A stretch of DNA of 25,563 bases, taken from IMG/VR virus record IMGVR_UViG_3300045988_005808, positions 1 to 25,563 of that record; one strand, 5' to 3'. Source of the DNA: a virus. Below, one piece after another: positions 1-8,085 of this stretch (within the stretch, counting starts at the first letter, position 1; every line of letters starts with the position of its first letter). Position numbers and translations under genes: made by a program. The notes beneath the pieces are model-generated. The model was not told where the DNA came from. It searched no databases and worked only from the letters and a program-made list of their open reading frames with translations.

Positions 1-57
1 GATAAAGAAGTGCAAGATGAATTTAATAGGCTTAGAGCACAACTATTTGGAGCATAG
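1..57 (+). CDS. 3' end of an upstream ORF (partial; ...DKEVQDEFNRLRAQLFGA*)
   Basis: Frame 1 is open from the window edge to TAG at 55-57. No recognisable function. Confidence 0.4.
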   Translation, partial: DKEVQDEFNRLRAQLFGA

Positions 58-73
58 GAAGGTGATTAAATAA

Positions 74-691
74 ATGGATTACATGATGATAAAGCCTCTC
101 ACAAATGAATTTAAAGGATTTGTGAGCGATAAACAAGTCAAAAAAGAATTAAATCTAACAGGATTACAGTTTAAAAGATTCGTGCAATTCTCAAAGCTTT
201 ATAAAGGGTGCTTATTAATTGAGGATGAATCAGAGGAGAAATCAAACAGGATTCAAGAAATGAGTCAATTAGTATGTGAAGGAAGATATGGACGTAAATA
301 TTATGTAACTACATTTGGCAATGCATATACAGTTAAAGACGGAAAAAAAACACCTTTAAAAGTTGTAAAAAAAGGTTTAAACACTTATCAAGTTAAGATA
401 AATGGTAAATATAAATCAATGTCTAGATTAATGTATCAATCTTTCATAGGTGATTTAAAAAATAATGAAGTTACGTATTTTGACGGAGGAATAACAATAA
501 ATCACATTAAAAAAAGCAGTAAGTCAGAACATTGTAGAAGATATGCAAATTGTAAAAAAGTACAGGTTGGAGATAAGGTTTACAACAATGTACAAGAATG
601 TGCAGATGATATTGGATATAGCCATTGGACAATACAAGAAAAGCTATATGGAAGAATACAGAATGATATAGGCGTTAGATACGTAGATTAA
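74..691 (+). CDS. Homing-endonuclease-like DNA-binding protein (degenerate HNH_3/NUMOD-like)
   Basis: ATG after GGAAGGTGA. The middle (YQVKINGKYKSMSRLMYQSFIG) resembles the HNH_3 core but lacks the catalytic His. The C-terminus (VYNNVQECADDIGYSHWTIQEKLYG) resembles NUMOD1/IENR1 helix-turn-helix repeats. Motif recall only. Confidence 0.5.
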   Translation: MDYMMIKPLTNEFKGFVSDKQVKKELNLTGLQFKRFVQFSKLYKGCLLIEDESEEKSNRIQEMSQLVCEGRYGRKYYVTTFGNAYTVKDGKKTPLKVVKKGLNTYQVKINGKYKSMSRLMYQSFIGDLKNNEVTYFDGGITINHIKKSSKSEHCRRYANCKKVQVGDKVYNNVQECADDIGYSHWTIQEKLYGRIQNDIGVRYVD

Positions 692-703
692 GGAGGATTA
701 AGA

Positions 704-943
704 GTGATATTGAAGAATGTATTTATTAACTGCATTTATTTATTAGGTGGCTCATTTGCATTGATGGTTTCAGTTGTCATCATACAAGTTATAATTGAGC
801 ACATTATAGAAGTAATTAGAAGATTTAGACAAGAACGCTCATTAATGAGAATTATTAGATTGCGTGAAAAAGATATATTGAAATGTGAAAGCACTGATGA
901 ATTAAATAAATTAATTGAAAGGTTTGAGAATAAACATGAGTAA
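704..943 (+). CDS. Small membrane protein, unknown function
   Basis: GTG lies 7 nt after AAGGAGG (691-697). One hydrophobic helix (IYLLGGSFALMVSVVIIQVII) followed by a charged tail. Confidence 0.6.
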   Translation: MILKNVFINCIYLLGGSFALMVSVVIIQVIIEHIIEVIRRFRQERSLMRIIRLREKDILKCESTDELNKLIERFENKHE

Positions 944-1511
944 ATGTAACAAATGTAAATACGAATATCATCCAATGATTGCAACACCATGTGTGTTTTG
1001 CAGAGAACAATACGGTGAAGGTAATCTAGAATATATAACGTTTGGCGATAAATTCCAACCAAAAGAAAAATCAGTAATTGAACATGATGGATGTAATGAA
1101 TGTTTATATGAACATTTATCAGAATTCCAAGAACCTTGCTTAAATTGTAAACACAGATTTCCACAAAGTAATACATTTTATTCAATATCAAAGGATTACT
1201 TCAAGCCAAAAGAAGAAAAAGGACATTCTTCAAATTGTACAATATCTAGTAAAGAATGCAATAAAACAGTTACGGATGGAAATTACGGATTTGAAAAAAA
1301 TTCAAATAATGAAATCGACATGGTTAATCATCCACCACATTATCAACATGGAATCGAACCTATCGAATTTATTGAATCCCATAACCTTAATTTCAATTTA
1401 GGTAGTGCCGTCAAATACATTGCCAGAGCACCTTATAAAGGAAAAGAATTAGAAGATTTGGCAAAAGCCAAGTGGTTTATAGAAAGAGAGATTAAAAGAC
1501 ATGACAAGTAA
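936..1511 (+). CDS. Cys-rich (four CxxC) zinc-ribbon protein with C-terminal DUF3310-like domain
   Basis: ATG at 936 overlaps the previous stop. N-terminal CNKC...CVFC...CNEC...CLNC. The C-terminus HPPHYQHGIEPIEFIESHNLNFNLGSAVKYIARAPYKGKELEDLAKAKWFIE matches the remembered DUF3310 signature. Confidence 0.75.
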   Translation: MSKCNKCKYEYHPMIATPCVFCREQYGEGNLEYITFGDKFQPKEKSVIEHDGCNECLYEHLSEFQEPCLNCKHRFPQSNTFYSISKDYFKPKEEKGHSSNCTISSKECNKTVTDGNYGFEKNSNNEIDMVNHPPHYQHGIEPIEFIESHNLNFNLGSAVKYIARAPYKGKELEDLAKAKWFIEREIKRHDK

Positions 1512-2016
1512 AGATATTGAATTGATTAAAAAAATGTTACAAATGCAAGCAAAACTAGATAAAGCAATCATGGATGAGTATGGATTAGATAAGATTGATG
1601 AAGATAAGTTGTGCTTAGCTATTCTAGATGAAGTCGGCGAATTGACTCATGAATTAAAAGGAAATTGGTGTTGGTGGAAGAAAACGCAAGCTCCTGTAGA
1701 CAATGAAAAGGTTTTAGACGAACTTGTTGATATTTGGCATTTTGTGCTAAGTTGGCAAAATCACTTCATGAGTGGGGAAGAAGGCTTAAAAAAAGAAAAA
1801 GTAATGATTGAAACCATTAAGCAATATGTTTGGGGATTGAAAAATTCAAAAAAAGAATTTGGTTATGTTTTAACAGGTTTACCGTGTTATACAGATTGTA
1901 GAGTTGAAGCACTTATCGCAATTACAGAATATTTAGACTTCGAGGTTGAACAAGTATATGAAGCTTATTGTGGAAAGAATAAAATCAACTATCAGAGATT
2001 GAAGGAGGGGTACTAA
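1501..2016 (+). CDS. Dimeric dUTPase-like / MazG-like nucleotide pyrophosphohydrolase
   Basis: ATGA-type overlap with the upstream gene. ILDEVGELTHELK...WWKK...VLDELVDIWHFVLS resembles the all-alpha dimeric dUTPase family. Confidence 0.65.
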   Translation: MTSKDIELIKKMLQMQAKLDKAIMDEYGLDKIDEDKLCLAILDEVGELTHELKGNWCWWKKTQAPVDNEKVLDELVDIWHFVLSWQNHFMSGEEGLKKEKVMIETIKQYVWGLKNSKKEFGYVLTGLPCYTDCRVEALIAITEYLDFEVEQVYEAYCGKNKINYQRLKEGY

Positions 2017-2194
2017 TGTGGATTCGAATATTGCGAATCTAACGAATACGGCACTGAATATTATTGCGCAGTATTTGGCGATGATGTACCCGAAGAGTTT
2101 GAAACAAACAGTTTTAAAGTATTTAATTCTTTAAACGGGATGAAGGAAAAAGGATATTTTAAAGGCATTGATGATAGAAAAGAGGTAATAAAAA

Positions 2195-2674
2195 ATGATT
2201 AATGTAGCAGTAATAGCGGGACATCTAACAAAAGATGTTGAACTATCAAAAACACAGAACGGAAATAGCGTAGCAAAGTTTACTGTAGCAGTAAATGGAT
2301 ACAATAACACTACAGATTTTATTAATTGTGTGGCATGGAATAAATTAGCGGATATTGTAAATATGTATTGTAAGAAAGGTGATTTAATTACGGTTGAAGG
2401 AAGAATCAGCGTTAGAAATTATGAGAACCAACAAGGACAAAGAATTTATATCACTAAAGTGGTAGCTAGTAACGTACAATTACCGCCTAAAAGCACTCCT
2501 AATGGACAGAATTACAATCCTAATGTAAATACATATCAACAACCTAATCAAGCATATAACAACACTTATGACACGCAAAACACGTATGTGCAACCAAGTT
2601 TGACACAACAAATTGCGCAACAAGAATATACTGAAAGCGGATTAAATATTGCTTCAAATGATTTACCGTTCTAG
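2195..2674 (+). CDS. ssb: Single-stranded DNA-binding protein
   Basis: OB-fold N-terminus (MINVAVIAGHLTKDVEL...FTVAVN...FINCVAWNKLAD...GDLITVEGRI), Q/N/P-rich linker, and acidic C-terminal tip ending DLPF. Confidence 0.95.
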   Translation: MINVAVIAGHLTKDVELSKTQNGNSVAKFTVAVNGYNNTTDFINCVAWNKLADIVNMYCKKGDLITVEGRISVRNYENQQGQRIYITKVVASNVQLPPKSTPNGQNYNPNVNTYQQPNQAYNNTYDTQNTYVQPSLTQQIAQQEYTESGLNIASNDLPF

Positions 2675-2693
2675 AGGGGGAATATTAATAGAA

Positions 2694-2882
2694 ATGAATT
2701 ATGAAGAAAGAATTAAGGAGTTAATTTCAAAAAACAATAAACTAGGAAGGACAAACATTGAGCTTAATCAGACTTTAAAAGAAAGAAATGCAACAATTCA
2801 TAATCAAACACATGAAATTAATAGATTAAAAAATAAAGTTGGCGAATTAGAAAATAGATTAATGAGGATGTATACATCATGA
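2694..2882 (+). CDS. Small coiled-coil protein, unknown function
   Basis: ATG at 2694 follows AGAGGGGG. Heptad-like sequence throughout. The track start at 2649 has no SD. Confidence 0.6.
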   Translation: MNYEERIKELISKNNKLGRTNIELNQTLKERNATIHNQTHEINRLKNKVGELENRLMRMYTS

Positions 2883-3205
2883 GTACATACGAAGATGTTA
2901 AACGACACTTCTTGTGTGAATGTAAATCATACACATATTATGAGCAAAAGATAGCAGAGCTACAAAGGGAAGAAGCAATTTATCCTTTAAAAGTCGAGCT
3001 ATTCTTAGCCCATGCAGATTATGCAAGAAGAATGAACTATGTAAAAGACAAATTAAGCCAACTTGATGATACTACTCGAGCTATGATTGAGTATAGATAT
3101 ATAAAGGGATTCAGTGCAGAAAAAACATCTAATATTGTAGGTTATGCACGAGAAGAGATTCCAAGAAAAATAAATAAAAATTTGAAAAAAGTGCTCACAA
3201 TGTGA
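2879..3205 (+). CDS. Late-gene transcriptional activator, ArpU/RinA-like (sigma-70 region-4-like HTH)
   Basis: ATGA overlap start. C-terminal RAMIEYRYIKGFSAEKTSNIVGYAREEIPRKINKNLKKV looks like a region-4 HTH. Its position just upstream of the packaging module is typical of such activators. Confidence 0.55.
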   Translation: MSTYEDVKRHFLCECKSYTYYEQKIAELQREEAIYPLKVELFLAHADYARRMNYVKDKLSQLDDTTRAMIEYRYIKGFSAEKTSNIVGYAREEIPRKINKNLKKVLTM

Positions 3206-3214
3206 GCGTTTTTT
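3186..3214 (+). terminator. Hairpin with flanking A- and T-tracts (bidirectional-type intrinsic terminator), copy 1 of a 20-nt repeat
   Basis: GCTCA(3193-3197)/TGAGC(3203-3207) stem, extendable by G.U and A-T pairs, followed by TTTTTT (3209-3214). It includes the stop codon of the activator gene. Confidence 0.6.
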
Positions 3215-3231
3215 CATGTAATAATTGTTTT

Positions 3232-3307
3232 AGCAGGATAGAGCAGTAGTAGCTCACTAGCCTTATTAGCTAGAGGTCGAACGGTGCAATTCCTTCTCCT
3301 GCAACCA
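3232..3307 (+). tRNA. tRNA-like gene, anticodon UAU (reads AUA), with initiator-tRNA-like architecture
   Basis: Hand-folded cloverleaf. Acceptor 3232-3238/3297-3303 has 6 bp plus an A1xA72 mismatch. U8 A9. D stem GAGC 3241-3244/GCTC 3252-3255 gives A11:U24. Anticodon stem CTAGC 3257-3261/GCTAG 3269-3273, loop CTTATTA, anticodon TAT at 3264-3266. Variable loop AGGTC. T arm GAA(C)GG 3279-3284/CCTTC 3292-3296, loop TGCAATT. A73 and encoded CCA at 3304-3307. Deviations: bulged C in the T stem, G55, U37, short D loop without GG. Confidence 0.6.
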
Positions 3308-3314
3308 TGTTTAC

Positions 3315-3381
3315 AAAGCCTATCGGTGAGTCCTTCCCAAATTAGATATTAAATACCAACAATGGCATGCCGTTAGGCTTT
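3315..3381 (+). ncRNA. Long stem-loop downstream of the tRNA-like gene (unassigned structured RNA)
   Basis: AAAGCCTATCGG (3315-3326) pairs with CCGTTAGGCTTT (3370-3381). That is 11 of 12 positions paired, enclosing 43 nt. No SD or plausible ORF. Confidence 0.35.
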
Positions 3382-3389
3382 GATATATT

Positions 3390-3415
3390 ACCGAGCGTTT
3401 GTCTCGGTTCTTTTA
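3390..3415 (+). terminator. Intrinsic terminator closing the tRNA/structured-RNA unit
   Basis: ACCGAG (3390-3395)/CTCGGT (3403-3408), 7-nt loop, then TCTTTT. Confidence 0.65.
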
Positions 3416-3432
3416 ATAACAAGGAGGAGAAT

Positions 3433-3678
3433 ATGGGTTCAAAAGAATTTCAAGAATTAGCAATGAAAGCAGTATTTCAAGTAAACCCAAATATTGCAAT
3501 CAGTGAAATGTTCGTTGTATGGATGGTTAAAGTGCTTCAAAACAATAAAGTATTGATTAGTGCTCAAAGCACAGATAACTATTACGAAGTAACGTATAAC
3601 GGCGATAAAAATGAATTATACGTTGATGAATACATAAAAAATACAAATACTTGTTTAAACGCAAATGAAGCTCTATAA
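3433..3678 (+). CDS. Hypothetical protein
   Basis: ATG at 3433 follows AAGGAGGAG. The track start at 3367 lies inside the upstream hairpin/terminator region and has no SD. Confidence 0.7.
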   Translation: MGSKEFQELAMKAVFQVNPNIAISEMFVVWMVKVLQNNKVLISAQSTDNYYEVTYNGDKNELYVDEYIKNTNTCLNANEAL

Positions 3679-3697
3679 GTTCACAAGGAGGAGAATA

Positions 3698-4189
3698 ATG
3701 AACATTGTTGAAAAAAGATTAAATGAGCTAAAGCCTTATGAGAATAACCCTAGAATCAATGATGGAGCAGTGAAATTTGTTAAAAATTCTATTGAGGAAT
3801 TCGGTTTCAAAGTCCCTATTGTTATTGATAAAAATGGAACGATTGTTGCAGGTCATACACGGTATAAAGCTAGTCAAGAATTAGGTTTAGAAACTGTTCC
3901 TTGTGTGGTTGCGGACGAGCAAGTAAAAGCATTTAGAATTGCAGATAATAAAACGGCAGAAAAAGCGTCTTGGGATTTAGACGCATTAAAAACAGAAATG
4001 GAAGAGCTTGAAGAAATTGACGGAATCGACATGAGAGATTTCGGATTCGGTGATTTTGAAATTAGTGCATTAACTGAGGACATGGAAGCAGAAGGATATG
4101 ATAACGAGCTTATGGACGCGTTTAGCGAACATTCAAAAGAAATGCTAAAAAAGCAATTGAATCAATATGATTATTATAGGGGGTATTGA
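3698..4189 (+). CDS. ParB-like N-terminal (nuclease/CTPase-fold) domain protein
   Basis: ATG after AAGGAGGAG. LNELKPYENNPRIND...VPIVIDKNGTIVAGHTRYKASQELG matches the ParB/Srx-fold N-terminal domain signature. Confidence 0.8.
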   Translation: MNIVEKRLNELKPYENNPRINDGAVKFVKNSIEEFGFKVPIVIDKNGTIVAGHTRYKASQELGLETVPCVVADEQVKAFRIADNKTAEKASWDLDALKTEMEELEEIDGIDMRDFGFGDFEISALTEDMEAEGYDNELMDAFSEHSKEMLKKQLNQYDYYRGY

Positions 4190-4190
4190 A

Positions 4191-4532
4191 ATAGCAGAGA
4201 AACACGCAGGAGGACGCCCAAGGGTAAAGATTGATTATGAAGCAGTTGAAAAGCTTGCTTCTATTGGATGTACTCAAGAAGAAATTGCCGATTTCCTAGG
4301 ATGTTCAGTAAGAACATTATTAAGAAATCAAAAGTTTTGTCAGACATATAAAAGAGGTATAAGCCACTCAAAAAGAAGTTTAAGACGTATGCAATTTGAC
4401 AAAGCGTCAAAAGGAAATACGACCATGCTTATTTGGCTAGGCAAACAAATGCTTGGACAGACTGAAAAGGCTGAACAGACAATGACACATGAAATTGAGG
4501 ACTTAACACCTTTAGCAGATTTATTAAAATGA
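4191..4532 (+). CDS. Terminase small subunit (HTH type); SD-favoured ATA start
   Basis: AEKHAGGRPRVKIDYEAVEKLASIGCTQEEIADFLGCSVRTL is a typical TerS N-terminal HTH. AGGGGG (4178-4183) sits 7 nt before the in-frame ATA at 4191. The upstream ATG at 4167 has no SD and is the alternative start. Confidence 0.7.
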   Translation: MAEKHAGGRPRVKIDYEAVEKLASIGCTQEEIADFLGCSVRTLLRNQKFCQTYKRGISHSKRSLRRMQFDKASKGNTTMLIWLGKQMLGQTEKAEQTMTHEIEDLTPLADLLK

Positions 4533-5866
4533 TGACTAGAACGATTCCTTGGGGGAAATTTTCAGATAAACACAAGAATTATATTAAGACCGCCCTAAAT
4601 TACAAACAAAGTGTAGCAGAAGGAGCGGTACGAAGTGGTAAAACGATTGACCACTGTATAATCTTTTCAATGTATTTAGAAACATGTGAAGATAAAATAC
4701 ATTTAGCGAGTGGGTCAAGCTTACCGAATGCAAAATTAAATATAGGCGATTGCAATGGTTTCGGCTTAGAACATATCTTTCGCGGAAGGTGTCGTTGGGG
4801 TAAATACAAATCAAACGAAGCACTATTTGTTCAAACAAAGACAGGCGAAAAGATAGTGATATTTACAGGTGGTGGAAAGTCCGATTCATATAAGAGCATA
4901 TTAGGTAACTCATATGGTGGATGGATTGCCACCGAAATAAATGAGCATTACGATTGTGAGGATTCTAGAACAAGCTTTATCAAGGTAGCAATGGCAAGAC
5001 AGATTGCAAGCGTACATCCGTTTACATTATGGGATTTAAACCCATCAAATCCAAACGCAGACATTTATAAGAATTACATAGATAAATTCATGGGGTTAGA
5101 TTGGTACAGATATGAGCACTTCAATATTTTTGACAACGCTACAATGAGCCAAGAAAGAATTGAAGAAACCAAAAACAAATATGAAATGAATTCAGTATGG
5201 TACAAGAGAGATATTCTAGGGGAAAGAATGGTTGCCGAAGGACTTGTATTCCCTTATTTTGCAAATGACTGTAAACCTTACCTATTCAAATATCAGAGTC
5301 TAAAAGAAAAGATGAAGAAAGAAGGGAAAAGGTTTAGTCATTTAATTATAGGCGTTGACTTTGGAGACAATGGCTCGAAATATTCATGGCACTTAACAGG
5401 GTTCACAAATGATTGGGATTATATGTGGGCACTTGATGAAGGAGACATGGAAAAGTCAAATGCAATAGACGCAACAAAGTTCTGCAAAGCATTTGCAAGG
5501 TTCTATAAGCGTTGTATTGAATGTTACGGATATGTAGAATGGATATTTCCGGACAGTGCTTCTAACACGTTGATAAACACGCTTAGAGCTTATTTTTGCG
5601 CCGAAGGATTAGACGGAAGTATAATTGCACCGGTTAAGAAAAATGAGCTTACAGACCGTCCTATAACAGTTGATAGCTTACTTGTTACAGGTAGGCTAAA
5701 GATAGAAGAACATTGTAAGAATTTGATAAACGCATTGAGCGAATTGGTATGGGATGAAAAGAAAGATATTCCAAAAGATGATAACGTAAACAATATCAAT
5801 GATGATTGGGATTCGTTCTGCTATACATTTATCACACATAGCAAATATATAGATTTAAGGAGGTAA
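4529..5866 (+). CDS. Terminase large subunit (PBSX/XtmB-like)
   Basis: Walker A GAVRSGKT near the N-terminus. Length and position match. ATGA overlap with TerS. Confidence 0.95.
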   Translation: MMTRTIPWGKFSDKHKNYIKTALNYKQSVAEGAVRSGKTIDHCIIFSMYLETCEDKIHLASGSSLPNAKLNIGDCNGFGLEHIFRGRCRWGKYKSNEALFVQTKTGEKIVIFTGGGKSDSYKSILGNSYGGWIATEINEHYDCEDSRTSFIKVAMARQIASVHPFTLWDLNPSNPNADIYKNYIDKFMGLDWYRYEHFNIFDNATMSQERIEETKNKYEMNSVWYKRDILGERMVAEGLVFPYFANDCKPYLFKYQSLKEKMKKEGKRFSHLIIGVDFGDNGSKYSWHLTGFTNDWDYMWALDEGDMEKSNAIDATKFCKAFARFYKRCIECYGYVEWIFPDSASNTLINTLRAYFCAEGLDGSIIAPVKKNELTDRPITVDSLLVTGRLKIEEHCKNLINALSELVWDEKKDIPKDDNVNNINDDWDSFCYTFITHSKYIDLRR

Positions 5867-5869
5867 GAA

Positions 5870-7273
5870 ATAGAAACATCTAACATACGTAATCCGTGGT
5901 TTCAGAATTACCTAAACGATAGAGGGTATTATGTAGACACAAACGCAATTCAAATCATTGAGTTGTGCAACAAATGGTATACAAATACCGAAACAGAATT
6001 TCATACGGCATACACATTAAACAATGAGGAATACACATTGGATAAGACAGACTTTGCAAAGCGTTTATGTGAGGATGACGCAAACCTTATTGAAATCCTA
6101 GATATAAACGCTACAGAGGATAGTGCTACAAATGACATTATTTCAGACATCCTAGCAAAGAATAGGTTTGACGTAATGTATAGGAAACAAGCTGAGCAAA
6201 TGTCCGCAAACGGTACGGTAGGAGCTTATGTTACGATATCAAATGCCGAGATTTACGAAGATGGTTCATTTAGCGGAGGAGAAATCAAAATCAACTATTG
6301 TGATTCAATGAATATCCTTCCACTAACTGTTATTAATGACGAAATTGTGGAAGTAGCTTTCGTTGGAGTAAATTATGAAAAACTTAAGAAAGTATACGTG
6401 ATGGTCATGTTCTTAAAAGGACAAGATGAAAGATATACTGCGGAAACACATTACTTTAAAGAAACAGGCAAAGAAATAAAAGACCGTGCTCAAATTGTTC
6501 GATTAGATGTGGTTAAACCGTTTGCAATTATGAGAAATGCAAAGGTAAACAATTTACAAATGCAAGGTTACGGCTTGCCAAAGATTTGGAGTGCAATTGC
6601 TCCACTAAAGACAATTGATTTAACCATGACAATGTGGAATAGGGACTTGTTAAAATCGGATAAAATCGTTCTTGTGAATGAAACATTAATGCAGAAAGAC
6701 AAGGATGGAAATATTAAGATGAATCCACAAATGAAAAAGATATTTGTTCAATTAGGTAGGGATAAGCTTCCGGAAGAAAAAGCTTTATGGCAGGAATACA
6801 ATCCAACAGTTAGGACGGCAGAGGTTGTTCAATCACTAGAAACGGCGTTGAGTATTCTATCAATGATGTTTGGATTTGGTACAAAGAAATACACCTTTGA
6901 AAGTGGAAGAATTGTAACTGCAACAGAATATATCGGCGAAAACCAAGACGCAATGAAGGAAGTAAACTCACAACGTAAAGAATCTACTGCATATATTCAA
7001 GATATTATTCAAGCGATAGCATACTTCTACGAATTAACACAGGGCAGAAAGCTTAATATCAATCCATTAGACATTGCTATTGATTACGATGATACATATA
7101 TCGAGGATAAACAAAGCACTGCGCAGGCGTTAAGAAATGACGCACTTACATTTGATATTCCAAGATTAAAGATTATGTACTTTATGAAGCAATACGGCTT
7201 TACCGAAGAAGAAGCAACGGAATTATTAAATGAAGAAATTCAAGATGATGGAGAGGGGGATGACGAAGAATAG
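5870..7273 (+). CDS. Portal protein (SPP1 gp6-like); ATA start
   Basis: Size and position after TerL. AAGGAGG (5857-5863) sits 6 nt before the in-frame ATA at 5870. The frame is open from 5867. The first canonical start (TTG 5963) is 31 codons downstream without an SD. Confidence 0.85.
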   Translation: METSNIRNPWFQNYLNDRGYYVDTNAIQIIELCNKWYTNTETEFHTAYTLNNEEYTLDKTDFAKRLCEDDANLIEILDINATEDSATNDIISDILAKNRFDVMYRKQAEQMSANGTVGAYVTISNAEIYEDGSFSGGEIKINYCDSMNILPLTVINDEIVEVAFVGVNYEKLKKVYVMVMFLKGQDERYTAETHYFKETGKEIKDRAQIVRLDVVKPFAIMRNAKVNNLQMQGYGLPKIWSAIAPLKTIDLTMTMWNRDLLKSDKIVLVNETLMQKDKDGNIKMNPQMKKIFVQLGRDKLPEEKALWQEYNPTVRTAEVVQSLETALSILSMMFGFGTKKYTFESGRIVTATEYIGENQDAMKEVNSQRKESTAYIQDIIQAIAYFYELTQGRKLNINPLDIAIDYDDTYIEDKQSTAQALRNDALTFDIPRLKIMYFMKQYGFTEEEATELLNEEIQDDGEGDDEE

Positions 7274-8082
7274 CAACTACATATTTTCCATTCGTCTCAA
7301 GAAATGGCGACAGATTAGTACTATATGACGCTTTTAGAAGATTATTCTCAAGCTACTTCACAAATGGTGTGTTCGTAGATGATTCTAGTTCGGACCATTT
7401 AAGAGTTGAGAAAGCTCAAGGCTTAACATTAACAGTTAAGGCAGGAAGAGCAAATATTAATGGAGCATTCTATTGGCAGAAAGATGACGAAACCATCACA
7501 CTAGAAAAGAATAGTGCTACTAAAAGCTACAATATTATTCTTAGATTGAATGATAATGACGCATACAGAAACATTGCCTTAGTAGCAAGTGATATTAATG
7601 ATGGAATCACAAGAAGTGATTCTATTTACGATTTAGTATTGGCTACGGTTACAGTAACAGGAAACGCAAGTGAAGTTAAAGGTTCGGATATTACTGATAC
7701 AAGATTAGATTCTACACGTTGTGGAGCAGTTACAAGTGCTATTAAGAGTGTACAATCGTTGGATTTATTTACTCAAGTTACTGAGTTGTTCAAGGAAATT
7801 AAGGCTCAGAATGAATCTGAAATGAACGCAAATAGAACAGAGTTCAACGATTGGTTTGAAACTGTAAAAGATACGCTAGACGCAAATACGGCAGGAAAAC
7901 TTTCTAACAGAATTTCAAACATTGAAAAGATGATTATGGAGAACCATTTCACTACGATTCTATTAACAGAAGATGGAACACTAGTAGATGAGAATGGCCA
8001 TGAGATTCTAGCAGATTGGGCGTATGAAGTAGCGAGTGGAGAAGTCGGCACGGATTGGACATATAAAGTCAAGGAGGGATAG
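7270..8082 (+). CDS. Fibre / receptor-binding-type structural protein; ATA start
   Basis: From ATA 7270 the N-terminus reads MATTYFPFVSRNGDRLVLYDAFRRLFSSYFTNGVF. This is the remembered Y-x-PF...GDR-x-Y...F...NGV motif of Bacillota phage fibre proteins. GGAGAGGGGGA lies upstream. The first canonical start (GTG 7369) would remove that motif. Confidence 0.7.
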   Translation: MATTYFPFVSRNGDRLVLYDAFRRLFSSYFTNGVFVDDSSSDHLRVEKAQGLTLTVKAGRANINGAFYWQKDDETITLEKNSATKSYNIILRLNDNDAYRNIALVASDINDGITRSDSIYDLVLATVTVTGNASEVKGSDITDTRLDSTRCGAVTSAIKSVQSLDLFTQVTELFKEIKAQNESEMNANRTEFNDWFETVKDTLDANTAGKLSNRISNIEKMIMENHFTTILLTEDGTLVDENGHEILADWAYEVASGEVGTDWTYKVKEG

Positions 8083-8085
8083 AGA

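Noticed and set aside
3233-3303. Alternative tRNA register starting at G3233, with a fully paired G1:C72.
   Set aside because: It leaves only one nucleotide between the acceptor and D stems. It creates a T7.C66 mismatch, destroys the T stem, and puts CCA out of register. The register starting at 3232 gives canonical spacing, U8, and A73-CCA.
3232-3307. The tRNA-like sequence as an attP remnant of a host tRNA gene.
   Set aside because: A complete cloverleaf including the 5' half is present. It has its own downstream terminator and there is no integrase nearby. It cannot be excluded without host data.
3367-3432. Track start (ATG 3367) for the 3367-3678 ORF.
   Set aside because: That ATG lies inside the 3315-3381 stem and upstream of a terminator. 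The ATG at 3433 has a perfect AAGGAGGAG SD.
7260-7369. Apparent frameshift at the 5' end of the fibre gene. An ATG at 7260 opens a 22-codon ORF in another frame, while the conserved-looking N-terminus is in the GTG-7369 frame.
   Set aside because: The in-frame ATA at 7270 with an upstream SD gives the complete N-terminus (MATTYFPFVSRNGDR...) with no frameshift. The same solution works for many other genes.
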